The position numbers were made by a program, and so were the translations under genes. A stretch of DNA of 64,000 bases, from positions 224,001 to 288,000 of the forward strand of contig CBDCWP010000039.1 in NCBI GenBank assembly GCA_965223505.1. The letters run 5' to 3'. The notes beneath the pieces are model-generated. The model ran no database searches. It was not told the origin of the DNA and saw nothing but the letters and a program-made list of their open reading frames with translations. Source of the stretch: Planctomycetota bacterium. Lineage in GTDB: Bacteria; Planctomycetota; PLA2; JAEUHO01. Shown piece by piece: positions 19,411 to 30,500 of this stretch; within the stretch, counting starts at the first letter, position 1; each line of letters begins with the position of its first letter.

Positions 19411-20494
19411 GCCAGCCCCTCCACTTTGCGGTCACATCGATCTCACGCACGGGGTCGCTCGCGGAGGCAGAAAACTGCCTCGATTGGCGCTTGCCACTTG
19501 ACGCGGAGCCTGCGTCACGAACCGAGGTGACCCTCCATCGCCCACCGACTCCACGAAGCGACTCTCGGATCATCTCCTCAGGGTCAACAGGGAGACAGGG
19601 CAAGCAGCCGAATCTCACTACGAGCGTGGCATTCCGGGCACACACACCCGCAACATTCTTCCAGACCGTGCGTAGCTCCCTCACGAACTCCGCCTCGGTG
19701 TGCTGGAGTTGAGCGTCCTGTGCGTAGTCCACTCGTGGCGGGCCTCCCAGGAACCAGTTCCTTAGCCACTGATCTGGGACGTATGTGCGCATGCCGAAGT
19801 AGGGAGGCGACGTCACTACCCAATCGAACTGTGTGCTCATGCTCGCCGCAAGCTCAGTAGTCCTAGCGTCCGCCTGCACAACAGCACCTCTTGTCGGTGC
19901 CGGTAGGCTCTCCAAGCAGAAGCGCGCCCGACGCGAAATGGCGTCGAGAACATCTACCCTCGGCGGACGAGATAGAGCATTCCGCCCCCAGTAGCCCAGC
20001 GCAGGTCCTGGCTTTGTGGCGTACGTCCTTGGCATCTGATTCGAGAGGTACGTCGGTAGTCCCTTGTTCATCGGGCCGTGGAGGATGCCCAAGACGAGCG
20101 CTCTCAAGATGACGTCTGTCTGCGTGCGCACGCCCTCCAGGAAGGCGTCACGGAGCCTGCAAATGTCTCGCAAGGTCGATGGCGCGTAGCAGCTTCGCCA
20201 GAACTTCCCGGTCGGCGTGGAGCCTGGGACCCGATCGTTGATCAACTCGACTGCGCGATCAACGACGTCATCTGGCGTTGCTGACGCCAGCTTTGCCGCA
20301 GCAACGGCGGCGGCGACTGGGCTACTATCGATGCCAACGGTGGGCAGTCCGAGTAGGCGCGCGGCAAACGTCGTCGTCCCCCGGCCACAGAACGGATCCA
20401 ACACCCACTGTCCCGGAGTAGCTCTCTCTAGCGCGGACAGGGGGAACTCCACTGGGAACATCGTGTAGTAAGGGCATATCGTGTGAAGGCGCAT
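19403..20494 (-). CDS. DNA methyltransferase (probable N4-cytosine); start could lie upstream (ORF open to 20608)
   Basis: CPYYTMFP, VLDPFCGRGTT (motif I), VVTSPPY (motif IV); overlaps the NurA start. Confidence 0.85.
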   Translation of the reverse strand: MRLHTICPYYTMFPVEFPLSALERATPGQWVLDPFCGRGTTTFAARLLGLPTVGIDSSPVAAAVAAAKLASATPDDVVDRAVELINDRVPGSTPTGKFWRSCYAPSTLRDICRLRDAFLEGVRTQTDVILRALVLGILHGPMNKGLPTYLSNQMPRTYATKPGPALGYWGRNALSRPPRVDVLDAISRRARFCLESLPAPTRGAVVQADARTTELAASMSTQFDWVVTSPPYFGMRTYVPDQWLRNWFLGGPPRVDYAQDAQLQHTEAEFVRELRTVWKNVAGVCARNATLVVRFGCLPCLPVDPEEMIRESLRGVGGRWRVTSVRDAGSASSGKRQSRQFSASASDPVREIDVTAKWRGWHV

Positions 20495-20886
20495 CGACTT
20501 GCCGCTCGTCGTCGGTGCAGACGATGGCGGCCTAGGTGTCACCCGCCGCCTAAATGCAACGGGGCGAGCCGAGGACCGTGCTTCGGAGAATGTGACACCG
20601 TCAACCAAACCAGCAGACCTCTCACGCCACGATTACGACCGACTCCACGCCCTTCACGTGGCGCACAAGCATATTGGCGCCGTCGGACTGCGGCATAGCC
20701 CCGAAGTCAACCGCCAGACGCCTGACAGTTCAGGGATTCATGATCCCCTTCGAAGTGCTGGCGCGCTCGCCGGACCGGATCGCTCGCCAGCCCCAAGAAC
20801 TGGCCACTTCAGGAGAATCTGAGAAACATCGCCGTGCCGTCCTGGAGGCCCGCATTTGACCTCGTGGCGCCAAAGGACGCCGCGAC

Positions 20887-21117
20887 ATGCCCAAGAACAA
20901 CCCCAAGCAGGACCCGGACGGGCTCTTCACCCTGGAGAGAGCCGCCGCGTACCTCACCATCTCCCAGAGGACCCTTCGCTCGCATCGACAACTGGGACTG
21001 ATCCCCGTCGTCCAGGTCAGCAAGCGCCGAATCGCTTTCGACAAGGCCGATCTCGACGCCTACCGCGAGCAGCAAAAGCAGCGCGGCCCACGCCGTCGCT
21101 TCGGGAGGCGGTCATGA
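20887..21117 (+). CDS. Excisionase-like HTH protein
   Basis: LFTLERAAAYLTISQRTLR...GLIPVVQV...IAFDKADLDAY; ATGA overlap with the integrase. Confidence 0.85.
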   Translation: MPKNNPKQDPDGLFTLERAAAYLTISQRTLRSHRQLGLIPVVQVSKRRIAFDKADLDAYREQQKQRGPRRRFGRRS

Positions 21118-22550
21118 TTCCGCCTCGGGGACTTGGCCAAAGTGGGAATCGTGGCCAACTGGGGGACGCGATGACCAACGCATCTCCTCGACTCCCGCTC
21201 GCCGGTGTGATCGAAGCGCGCGCCGCCTCCGTGCCCAAGAAGAAGATCAAGCGCAGGCCCAAGGCTCCCACCGGCCTCTACCGACCCCCGTACGTCTGCA
21301 AGAAGTGCGACGTCTGCGTCCGGCGGAAGGCGAAGCAGGCCAAGAAGGGCGAGCGCTGCCTGGAACCGAAGAGGGTGAGGACCTGGTGGTACCGCAAGTC
21401 GATTCGCGGAGTCCGCCGCAAGCCAGTAAGCACAGGCTGCACGGATCTCCGCAACGCCATCGAGGTCGCGGCCCAGCTACGCGATGAGTGGGAACGGCAA
21501 GCAGTCGGGCTCAAGCGCCGTGGCCGCATGAGCATCGAGGAGGCCAAGGAGGGCTTCCGTAAGTACCTCACGACGCAGAAGGGCAGCCCCCAGTACATCG
21601 ACACGCAGATGGGTTACTTGGACGAAGTGCTCATCGCCGCCGGGATCCGCTTCGTAGACGAACTCGACGAGGGGGTCTTTGCTGACTGGCTTCCGATCGC
21701 CAAGAAGAAGAGGCTTCGGGCTCGCGGGAAGAACGTACGCCTCTACCCCCTCAAGCGCCTGGGAGAGTGGCTGCTCAAGAAGGGCGAGTGCATCGATCCC
21801 TTCGCGCTGCTTGTGCCCTACGACGAGGAGAAGGACCGCGCCCACGTCCGACGGGCCATGTGGCCGGGAGAGTGCGCTCGGTTCCTGAAAGCCGTGAGGA
21901 CACGTCAGATCGAGCGGGCTCGGGAGTACCGGGTGCGCGCGGGTCTCTCGCGTGGGGCCATGATCAAGATGCGGCGTGAGGGCCGAGTCCGGGCGCTGGT
22001 CTACAACACGGTGGCCCAGACGGGGCTGCGGCGCAAGGAGACGCGGCTGCTCCTGATCAAGAACGTGGACTTCGACGCCGGGGTCATCTGGATCCCCCAA
22101 GGCGTGGCGAAGTCCAGACACGAGCAGTACGTGCGGCTCAACAGCGATCTGGCTCGGCGCCTGAAGTCATACCTCCGGACGCTCGGTGATGTGTCCGACG
22201 AATCGCCCCTCTTCCCAGCGACCAGGACGCACTCGGGCAAGCGCGCGCCGAAGTCGGCCGTCCCCACGATCAAGACGTTCGACAAGGACCTGGAGGCTGC
22301 GGGCCTGCCTAAGAAGGACGCCCGCGACCGCGTCCTGGACTTCCACGCCCTCCGGATGACCTACATTACGCACCTTCGTGTAGCGGGCGTCGAGCTAGGA
22401 ATGGCGAAGCGGTTGGCCCGACACTCCGACATCAAATTGACCGAGGACATCTACACGGACTTCGACCTGATGGCTGGGCCGGAGCGCGAGGCCGCCGAGA
22501 TGCTGGTGCCGGAGCGGCGGCGGCAGCGGTTCGTGCCGGAGGTGAGGTAG
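21114..22550 (+). CDS. Tyrosine recombinase/integrase, apparently intact (start 21114 or 21170)
   Basis: TGLRRKE (R), AKSR (K), FHALR (HxxR), LARHSD (H), DIY (Y). Confidence 0.9.
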   Translation: MIPPRGLGQSGNRGQLGDAMTNASPRLPLAGVIEARAASVPKKKIKRRPKAPTGLYRPPYVCKKCDVCVRRKAKQAKKGERCLEPKRVRTWWYRKSIRGVRRKPVSTGCTDLRNAIEVAAQLRDEWERQAVGLKRRGRMSIEEAKEGFRKYLTTQKGSPQYIDTQMGYLDEVLIAAGIRFVDELDEGVFADWLPIAKKKRLRARGKNVRLYPLKRLGEWLLKKGECIDPFALLVPYDEEKDRAHVRRAMWPGECARFLKAVRTRQIERAREYRVRAGLSRGAMIKMRREGRVRALVYNTVAQTGLRRKETRLLLIKNVDFDAGVIWIPQGVAKSRHEQYVRLNSDLARRLKSYLRTLGDVSDESPLFPATRTHSGKRAPKSAVPTIKTFDKDLEAAGLPKKDARDRVLDFHALRMTYITHLRVAGVELGMAKRLARHSDIKLTEDIYTDFDLMAGPEREAAEMLVPERRRQRFVPEVR

Positions 22551-22551
22551 G
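22482..22551 (+). repeat. 70-bp direct repeat, copy 1 (integrase 3' end)
   Basis: 65/70 identical to 24029-24098. Confidence 0.9.
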
Positions 22552-22572
22552 AGGCCGAAGACGGACTCTCCG

Positions 22573-23211
22573 TCAGTCTGCTGGACCGTCTTCCGCATCC
22601 GCGTGTGGATCTTCAGACTTCGTTTGCGCCTCGAAGGCACTGAGGGCGATTCGAGTGTGTGCGTTCGGATCCTCGGCGGGCCGATCGTCAGCGTCTTCAT
22701 CAGAGAGGACTCCCACCTTCTCGACGATGGCCTCGAAGATCAGGTAGTTGTGGCCCTTGACGGTCTCCAGATCAATGTGCGCAAATTCAGGGTCAGCGCC
22801 GATCTCCATCTTGGTCCGATACTGGCTCAGCCTGTAGAGCGCCCGCTCAGCGTTGATCCACAGATCCCGATGGTCCGTGGGGTGGAGACGGGCGAGCCGG
22901 TCAACTACGTCATGGGCGATGACGTTCCTGTGCGCTCGCAGTGCCTGGATGGCATCGAAATCTTGGTCGTTGATGGCCTCCATGAAGTCGCGCAAGTACA
23001 TGAGGCACGCCTCGAACTCGTTCTTGTGCCGCGACTTCACATCATCATCGTAGTTCTTGAAGGGGCCGCCGGTGAACGTGACGTCCTCGTAGAAGAACTT
23101 AATCGGGCGAACGATCATGCTCGTCATCAACTCGTTCGCCACGAGGACGAACCCCGCGTACGTGAGCGCACGCGAGAGTCGCTCGGGGGGGAGGTCCTTG
23201 ACGTGCTCCAT
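22573..23211 (-). CDS. Hypothetical protein with HEPN-like RxxxxH motif
   Basis: Helical protein with RNVIAH; AGGAG upstream of start. Confidence 0.6.
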   Translation of the reverse strand: MEHVKDLPPERLSRALTYAGFVLVANELMTSMIVRPIKFFYEDVTFTGGPFKNYDDDVKSRHKNEFEACLMYLRDFMEAINDQDFDAIQALRAHRNVIAHDVVDRLARLHPTDHRDLWINAERALYRLSQYRTKMEIGADPEFAHIDLETVKGHNYLIFEAIVEKVGVLSDEDADDRPAEDPNAHTRIALSAFEAQTKSEDPHADAEDGPAD

Positions 23212-23233
23212 TTACAGGTCTCCTGCTGACCGG

Positions 23234-23935
23234 TTAGTTGCCCTCAGCTACGCCCAGCACCTTCCGAACGTGCTGAGCTTTCACGTCGTAGGTGTAGTCC
23301 GCCGCCGAGAGCAGTGACCTTGCCTGCCCAGCGATCTCGCCCCCCGCCAAGTCCAGGAAGCGAGGTACCGCAACCATGCGGCCTTGGTTCTTCACCGCCT
23401 TGATTGCCGGGATGAAATCGGCATCGCCGGAGACGACAACGGCGATTTCGTAGATCGGAGCAAGTGTCACCATCTCGACGGCCATGGCAACGTCAAGCCC
23501 CTTCTCCTTGCCCCACGTTTCGTCGCTCGCTTTGAAGAAGCGGTGCCCGACGGGCCGGAACTCGATGTACGGACATGAACGCTCGATCTCCCGGATGTGG
23601 TTGCGAGCCTTCACCCACAGTTTCCCTGCTTTGTCTCTAAGGTCGTCTCGCCGATCCTCCGCAAGATCCCAGTGGCCCTGAAGTTCGAAACCCTCGGGGA
23701 TGTACCAGTAGCAGCGAACGAGGTGCGCGGGGGAATACTGCCAAGCACTGTCAGCCAGCATCTGCCAGAGCGTTGTCCAGTAGTACTCCGACGGCCAGGG
23801 ATCACCTGCTGGATCGAAGCTGGATACGATCTGCGCGAACAGATTCCGGAAGTTCGTGCTGTCTACGAACACGCATGTGCGGGGCTTCTGGGGCGGCCCG
23901 CCTGTCCCTTGGGGCGGGAAGCCTGCTCCAGCCAT
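23234..23935 (-). CDS. NYN-domain (LabA/DUF88 PIN-like) nuclease
   Basis: VFVDSTNF, KEKGLDVAMA, VVSGDADFIPAI, L..AAD motifs. Confidence 0.85.
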   Translation of the reverse strand: MAGAGFPPQGTGGPPQKPRTCVFVDSTNFRNLFAQIVSSFDPAGDPWPSEYYWTTLWQMLADSAWQYSPAHLVRCYWYIPEGFELQGHWDLAEDRRDDLRDKAGKLWVKARNHIREIERSCPYIEFRPVGHRFFKASDETWGKEKGLDVAMAVEMVTLAPIYEIAVVVSGDADFIPAIKAVKNQGRMVAVPRFLDLAGGEIAGQARSLLSAADYTYDVKAQHVRKVLGVAEGN

Positions 23936-24028
23936 GGGATCCTCCAGGGAACGCGCCGCGACGATTAGCAGTTCCCGTGGCGCTTGGCCCAGCACTGTAC
24001 TCGGGTCTACCCCGGCTGCGGTTGCCCC

Positions 24029-24098
24029 GAGCGCGAGGCGGCCGAGATGTTCGTGCCGGAGCGGCGGCGGCAGCGGTTCGTGCCGGAGGCGCGGTAGG
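24029..24098 (+). repeat. 70-bp direct repeat, copy 2 (orphan integrase 3' end)
   Basis: Encodes EREAAEMFVPERRRQRFVPEAR* versus integrase EREAAEMLVPERRRQRFVPEVR*. Confidence 0.9.
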
Positions 24099-24142
24099 GG
24101 CTACGACTGCATCTCCTGCCGCAGAACAGACGGGCTATCGGG

Positions 24143-24811
24143 TTAGGCGTCCGCGTCCTCACCCGGGTGGAACGGCCGCTCCTCTGCGATCGTGAGCGGT
24201 GGGAGGTCCTTCTGGCAGATGTGCATGCTGTCGCCCTCTTGCCTGCTCCATTGGCCGGTTCTGAGGGACACGACGAAGTTAACGTAGTCAACCGTCGGCG
24301 ATAGCTGCGCAGGGAGTTCCGACATCAGGGCTTCGAGATCACGATACGTACCCAGGAACTCCTGCTCGTCGAGGCTCCAGTCCATGTGAGCGCTGATCTT
24401 GTTGCGCACCTGCTTGAGCGCTCCCATGTGCAGATCGGCGGCCTTCGTGAGGTCGTAGAGCGCCGTCTCGCGCTCGATGTCCTTCTCGGCTTGCCCGCGC
24501 CATCCCACCGACTGGAACCACTGGTGGAACTTCTTGACCGAGTCCAAGAGGGAGTAGGCCGCGACGACGAGCGCCTTCTTGACCGCGACAAGTTGGCTCG
24601 CATCAGTCTGGCCGTTGGCCACCGCGATCATGGCGGAGACATCCTCTGTCGCGATGGCGAGACGGTGGAGGCGACGGGCGTTCTTGTCGATCGGCTGCCA
24701 GAACGATGGCCCCGGGCGATGCACGGGGTGGAAGTAAGGCACGCCGCCAAGCGCACCGCCTGAGTCGTGAGGTGAGGCTCGCATAGCGCGGCCCAAGGTA
24801 GCGCTCCGCAC
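24143..24811 (-). CDS. Hypothetical protein with HEPN-like motif (start uncertain)
   Basis: Helical protein with VRNKISAH. Confidence 0.55.
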   Translation of the reverse strand: MRSATLGRAMRASPHDSGGALGGVPYFHPVHRPGPSFWQPIDKNARRLHRLAIATEDVSAMIAVANGQTDASQLVAVKKALVVAAYSLLDSVKKFHQWFQSVGWRGQAEKDIERETALYDLTKAADLHMGALKQVRNKISAHMDWSLDEQEFLGTYRDLEALMSELPAQLSPTVDYVNFVVSLRTGQWSRQEGDSMHICQKDLPPLTIAEERPFHPGEDADA

Positions 24812-24844
24812 CGACCGGGCGTCGAGCGCCCACCATCGGGGGAC

Positions 24845-25597
24845 TTACGACAGCCGCCGCCGCAGCGCCGGAGGCGCGTCCTCCCTGGCCTCGGGACCGC
24901 GCCAGACCTCCTCGAAGTCGCGCTCGCCCATGGCCCACCGGATGTCAGCCGGGCCACGAAAAAGATCGTCGGGAACAGGGCGAACCGCATGGGGGTTCTC
25001 GTAGACGGTGACCCAGGGCAGGGACTCGACAGGATCGGGCTCGCTGGTGACGAGGTCCAGATACGCCCTTGACCGCATGCCGTCAGCGTCTGCCAGCCGC
25101 CGGAGTTCGACAGCGTGCCGCTCCTCGGCCAAGTCACGGATGCCGAGGACGACCACAGCCGACACACGGGTGTTCGACCGCTCCGTCAGAATCGCCGGGC
25201 GATCGACGGGCCCGCCCCCGAATGCCGCGAGAAGGACGGCGGCGGGAAAGTCGAACACGGCGTCGGGTCGTCCCGCATTGCACAGGGCGACGTAGCACCC
25301 GTGGTCCGTGAACGCCTTGAACTTCTTCAGGGCGTCCTTGATGCGCGACCACGGCACCTTCGTGTAGTCCAAGGACCCGCCCGGGAGGTGGTCGTAGTTG
25401 GTGGGGGCCGGGCAGTCCTTCACTTCGCAGAGGAGGAGGCCGGTGGCGTGCTCGATGCCGTAGTCCGGCCCGCGATGCTGCTGGCCCGGGGGCGGCGGTG
25501 GCAGTCCCGGACGCGGTTCTCGAAGCAGGTCCGGGTACCCGATCGAGTCCATGTACTCCTCGAAGAGGCGTTCGGAGGGGCGGTCGTTGTTGTCCAC
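24845..25597 (-). CDS. PD-(D/E)XK-like hypothetical nuclease
   Basis: E..FE, PDY...LLCEVKD, YENPHA motifs; has a truncated paralog at 4295-4575. Confidence 0.65.
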   Translation of the reverse strand: MDNNDRPSERLFEEYMDSIGYPDLLREPRPGLPPPPPGQQHRGPDYGIEHATGLLLCEVKDCPAPTNYDHLPGGSLDYTKVPWSRIKDALKKFKAFTDHGCYVALCNAGRPDAVFDFPAAVLLAAFGGGPVDRPAILTERSNTRVSAVVVLGIRDLAEERHAVELRRLADADGMRSRAYLDLVTSEPDPVESLPWVTVYENPHAVRPVPDDLFRGPADIRWAMGERDFEEVWRGPEAREDAPPALRRRLS

Positions 25598-25647
25598 GGT
25601 GGAAGCGTACCGGCTCTGGCCGACGGGTGGAAATGCGACCGCTGGGC

Positions 25648-26007
25648 TCAGGCGGGCTTGGCTGCATAGACTTGCAGTGCGTAGCACCCCGGCTCTGACG
25701 TGCCATCGCACCAGAGACTAAGACTGTTGCTGATCTCCTCGACCTTGGGCGCTCCGCCAACACACTGCACGAACTCGATGACATCAAGGACGATCTCGGG
25801 CCAGGTTCCTCTGTGGTTTGTCTCAAACAGGGAGAGGAAGTACCCGTCGTGGTGGCGCTCGATCCTCGGAGGGCTCGTTGGCTCTCGGAGACGCTTGAGA
25901 AACCCATGCAGAACACGCTCGGCCTTCTGGGGCGTGCGAGCGTCGATGAAGAGACGCCATGAGCATGCCACGTCCAAGCGATCAGGGTCACCCACAGATG
26001 TCCGCAT
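25648..26007 (-). CDS. Hypothetical protein
   Basis: GAGGGG upstream of ATG; natural composition. Confidence 0.45.
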   Translation of the reverse strand: MRTSVGDPDRLDVACSWRLFIDARTPQKAERVLHGFLKRLREPTSPPRIERHHDGYFLSLFETNHRGTWPEIVLDVIEFVQCVGGAPKVEEISNSLSLWCDGTSEPGCYALQVYAAKPA

Positions 26008-26396
26008 CCGTCAGCCCCTCCGTAAGGGAGCCACTGACCTGGATCATGTGCCCCCAGAACAGGTCACCATCGTTGAACCAGAACTCGACCTCTCCTGTGG
26101 GGGACACGCTGATGGTCTCGATGATCATCCGCTTTGCGAAGGTGGTCTCTCACGACAGGCTCCTGCTGCTTCGCAGCAAGCGCTTCAAGTTCTTCGTCTC
26201 CCTCGACTTCACCAGTGATCCTCTTGACGAGGGCGTACAGATCCGGGGCCTGTAGGAGACCTAGCACCAGCCGTCGCTGCGGGAGAACGAGGCCACGGAT
26301 CAGCCCTCTGCCTGATCAGGCGGAAACTCGTCAGCCGTTGGCGGGCGCACCGAGCCGACACGCCTCGGTGCCGAAGCCCCCATCTCCCGGTAGTTC

Positions 26397-27385
26397 TTGC
26401 GGGCCTCGTTCAGACTGACTGGGTTCGGGCCAACCGCCCGGTCGGGACGCGCTCTGACCGAAGGAGAACTGACACAGCTCCTCGACGTGGCCCGCCAAAG
26501 ACCGGTGCTAGACGCCACCACCATCCGCCGGGGTGCTCGGAAGGGACAGCGAGTGGCCCGGATCAGTGACAAGACTCGGCGAGACAAGGAGCGGTTGGGG
26601 CTGGAGCGGGCCTTGATCTACAAGACGCTCGTCTTGACTGGATTGAGACGAAACGAACTCGCGTCGCTCACCGTCGCCTCTCTCGTTCTCGATGCCCCGG
26701 TCCCGCATCTTGTCCTCGACGCGCGCGATGAGAAGAACCGTCAGGGCGCTGAGATCCCCCTCAGAGCGGACCTTGCCGCCGACCTAGCGCAGTGGACAGA
26801 CGAGACTCTTCAACGCGCCAGAGCAGCAGCCAGAGCGTCAGGCGAAGCCGTCCCGGCTCGCCTCCCCGCAGATGCGCCGCTCTTCTACGTTCCCAAGGCG
26901 CTCGTCAAGATTCTTGACCGTGACTTGAAGTTGGCCGGGATCGCCAAGAAGGACAATCGTGGGCGCAGCGTCGACATCCACGCGCTCCGGCACAGCTTCG
27001 CAAGTCACCTCAGCAAGGGCGGCGTCGCACCGCGAACCGCGCAGGCCGCGCTACGACACAGCGACATCAATCTCACGATGGTCACCTACACGGATCCTGC
27101 GTTGCTGGACGTAGCGGGCGCGTTGGATGCCCTGCCGTCCCTATCCCTCGGCGAGGAGGCCTCTGACCGGGCACGTGCAGGGACCGGCACCGATGGCAAG
27201 ACCGAAGCGTCGGGACCGCTTGCACCAACGCTTGCACCAAACTGGCACAAGCGTGGGCAATCGCTGTCAACGCCTGACAAAGCTGAGAGCTTCAATGCGA
27301 GTGCGAGGAAGCGCCGCGCATCGCCACCGAGCCGCAAGAAGTTGGCTGCTGCGGCCATTGGCTCCCCCCGGGAGGGGGAGAGAGA
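26397..27385 (+). pseudogene. N-terminally truncated tyrosine integrase next to the tRNA; frame stays open through att
   Basis: TGLRRNE, EKNR, HALRHSF, LRHSD, TYTD present; no N-terminal domains or credible start; ORF runs to 27545. Confidence 0.75.
27217..27240 (+). repeat. Tandem 12-bp repeat (CGCTTGCACCAA x2), candidate integrase arm-type sites
   Basis: Exact tandem repeat about 150 bp from att. Confidence 0.5.
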
Positions 27386-27386
27386 A

Positions 27387-27463
<77 letters not shown>

Positions 27464-27598
27464 ACTCCACGTCGGACGACGGAGGATACCCGGCCCCCTA
27501 CGATCCCGGACCAATTGCAACCCCCCGACAAACCCCAACAAATAGGGCATCCCGAAAAAACTCTCGTACGACCCCGCCCCCCATGCATCTGAAAGGGC

Positions 27599-30500
27599 AT
27601 GAAGCAGGACCAAGAACTCCTCCAAGCCTGGCTCGCCCACGAAGACCGCGATGCCCTCGGAGAGCTCTTCGGACGCCACTACCCCGCCGTCTATCAGGTC
27701 GTCCTGCGCCTCGTCCACCACGAAACCGACGCCCGCGACGTCGTCCAATCCACCTTCCTCAAAGCCCTCCGCAAAGCCGACACCATCCGTCAACCCGACC
27801 GCCTGCGCTTCTGGCTCCTGCGCATCGCCGTCAACGAAGCCCGACAACACCACCGCCGCGCACGACCCGCCGTCTCGCTGGATGACCTCGCCGACGTCTT
27901 CGAAGAAGCCCGACGCGCCACCGTCGAGCACCGCGCCAGCCGCCGCGAGTTCGAGCTCGCACTCGAACAAGCGCTCGAGACCATGCCCGAACGCCTAAAG
28001 ACGCCGCTCGTCCTGCACTACTACCAGAGCCTCTCCCTCGCCGAGGTCGCGCACATCCTCGAGCTGCCCAAGTCCACGGTGCAGAGCCGCTGCGAACGCG
28101 CCGTTCGCTTGCTTCGCAAACGATTCCGCCGTTCCGACAACGCCGCGCTTCTTCCCGGTCTCGCCGCCTACCTCCCCGACCTCGCGTCGACCGCATCGAC
28201 GTCCGCCGTCCCGCTCGCCGCAGGAGCCCTCCTCGTGAAAGTCTGGATCCCCATCGCCGCCGTCGTGTTCGCCCTCGCCTGGTTCCTCGTTGGCGCGCTT
28301 CAAAGCGGCGACCCGGATCGAAACGACATGGCGCGCGACCCGTCCCCGCAGCTTGGCGACCTTCCCGCCGATGCCGCGACGAACGGCGCTCCCCGACTGC
28401 AACCCACGGATCGAGATCCGCCCCGCGAACCCGACGTCGCGAAGCGCGTCGTCGCCTCCGAAGGGCCCGGCCGCATTCGCGGGCGCGTCGTAGCCCTTCG
28501 AACCGGCCGCGGCGTTTCCGGCGCCGAGATCCGTCTCGTTCGAAGCGCCGCCGCGCGCAGCGCGCCGCGCGAAGCCGCGTCGTTCGAGAACGTCTACGTC
28601 TCCGGCCCCGACGGGCGCTTCGTGTGCGACGAGCTGCCGGCGCCGGACGTGTTCGACCTCTGCGTGCGTCATCCCGACTTCGGCTACGCCGAAGCGTTCG
28701 CGGTGCCGACCGCGACCGAAGGCGAAGCGCGGGACCTGGGCGTCGTCTTCCTTCGCGCCCCGCACCGACTCGAAGGGCGCGTCGTCGACGAGCGGGGCAA
28801 GCCCGTCGCGGGCGCGGACGTCCGCGCCGGAACCTGGCGCGAGCAACGCGACGCGGTGACGTTCGAGCTCTCCGCCTTCGCGCTCCGGGGCGCGACCACG
28901 ACCAGCGACGCGGCGGGACGCTTCGCGCTCGACGGACTCCCCGCGGGCGTTCATCGACTGCGGATCGACCGCACCGGCTACGCGACGGCCCTGCTCGGCG
29001 CCGTGCGCGTTCCCGACGCCGGCGTGCTCGACGTCGTCCTGCTCGCGCAGTCGAACGTCCTCGGACGGATCGTTGACGACGCCGGAGAAGCCGTCGAGGG
29101 AGCGCGCATCATGCTGTCGATCTCCGAGTCCCGTCGCCGGGGTGCGCAGGGCGTGGTGCGCACGGTGCCCTGGAAGACCGTTCGAAGCGATGCGGGCGGT
29201 CGCTTTCCCATGTCGCCGCTCCCCGGCGGCGAAGGCTTCGAGCTCGTCGTCGAGGCGTCGCATCCGGGCCACGCCGACCTCTGGATGGAGCAGCCGATTC
29301 CGCAGCAAGGCGTCTTCGAGGTGACGCTTCAGCGGCGCGTCATCCCGAGCGGCCATCGCGTTCGCGTCACGCCGGTCGTAGCGTCGGGCGCCATCGCGCG
29401 GGACGCCAAAGGACGTCTGGTGCTGTTGCAACAGGAGGGCGATCTCGAGCTCGCCGTCGCCTTCGATGCCGACCGCGGGTTGTTCGAGATCGACGATGTC
29501 GCGCCGGGTGCGTGGTACGCGCGACTCGCGGTCAGCGGCTTCGCCCCGGTCGCGCAGTCCATCGACGTCGGCGACGGGCCGCTGGAGTTGAACATCACGC
29601 TTCAGCGCGGTCGAACGCTTCGCGGTCGCATCCTCGACGCCGTGACCGGCGAGCCGATCGCGGGCGCCACCATCGGGCGTCCCGACAGCGAAGCCCACGT
29701 CGTGGTGAGCGACGAGACGGGCGCGTATCTGCTCCCCGGCTTGGACCTCGCGGAAGGACGGCTCCACGTCGGCGCGCTTCACGCGTACGCACCCGGTTAC
29801 CTCGCGCGCGGAGTGAACGTTCGATGGCCGAGCGGTGACGTCGCCGAGCAGGACGTAAAGCTCCTGCCGCGAAGCGCGCTCGTCTCCGTGCCGGGAACGG
29901 TGACGGTCGATGGGCAGCCGGTGCTCGGCGCGCGCGTCGCACTGCAGCCGACGCGGGGGTCGAGCACGAGGTACGGCGCGAGCTCCCGCGCGGACGGCTC
30001 GTTTCGGCTCACGGGGCTTCATCCGGATCACCTCGCCGCGCCCGCGATCCTGCGTGTCGATCACCCCCGCTTCGCGCCGCACACAGCGCTTCGCGTCGTC
30101 GCCGCCGGCGAACCGCTTCAGATCGTCCTCGAGAGCGGCCGGTCCGTATCAGGGCGTGTCGTCGACATCGAGAACCGGCCGGTGGCGGGCGCGACCGTCG
30201 GTTTCGTGACCGGGACCGACGCGGGCGTCATCCAGGAGGATCAGGTCTGGGCGCTCTCCGGACGGCTTCAGCGCGCGGGCACGAGCATGCCGGACGGCCG
30301 CTTCGTGTTGGATCGCGTTCCGTCAGGGGCTGGGCGCGTGCTCGCCTTTCATCAGCACGGTCGGTGGGTCGCGAAGGACGGGGACGCGGCGGGCGCTACG
30401 ATCGCCGCCGCCGGCGACGTGGACGGTGTCGAGCTTCGGCTCGAGATCGGACGCACGCTCAGAGGGGTCGTCGTAGACGACGACGGGCGACCGCTCGCCG

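Noticed and set aside
13682..27385. Prophage
   Set aside because: No terminase, capsid, tail or replication genes recognised; content fits a defence island
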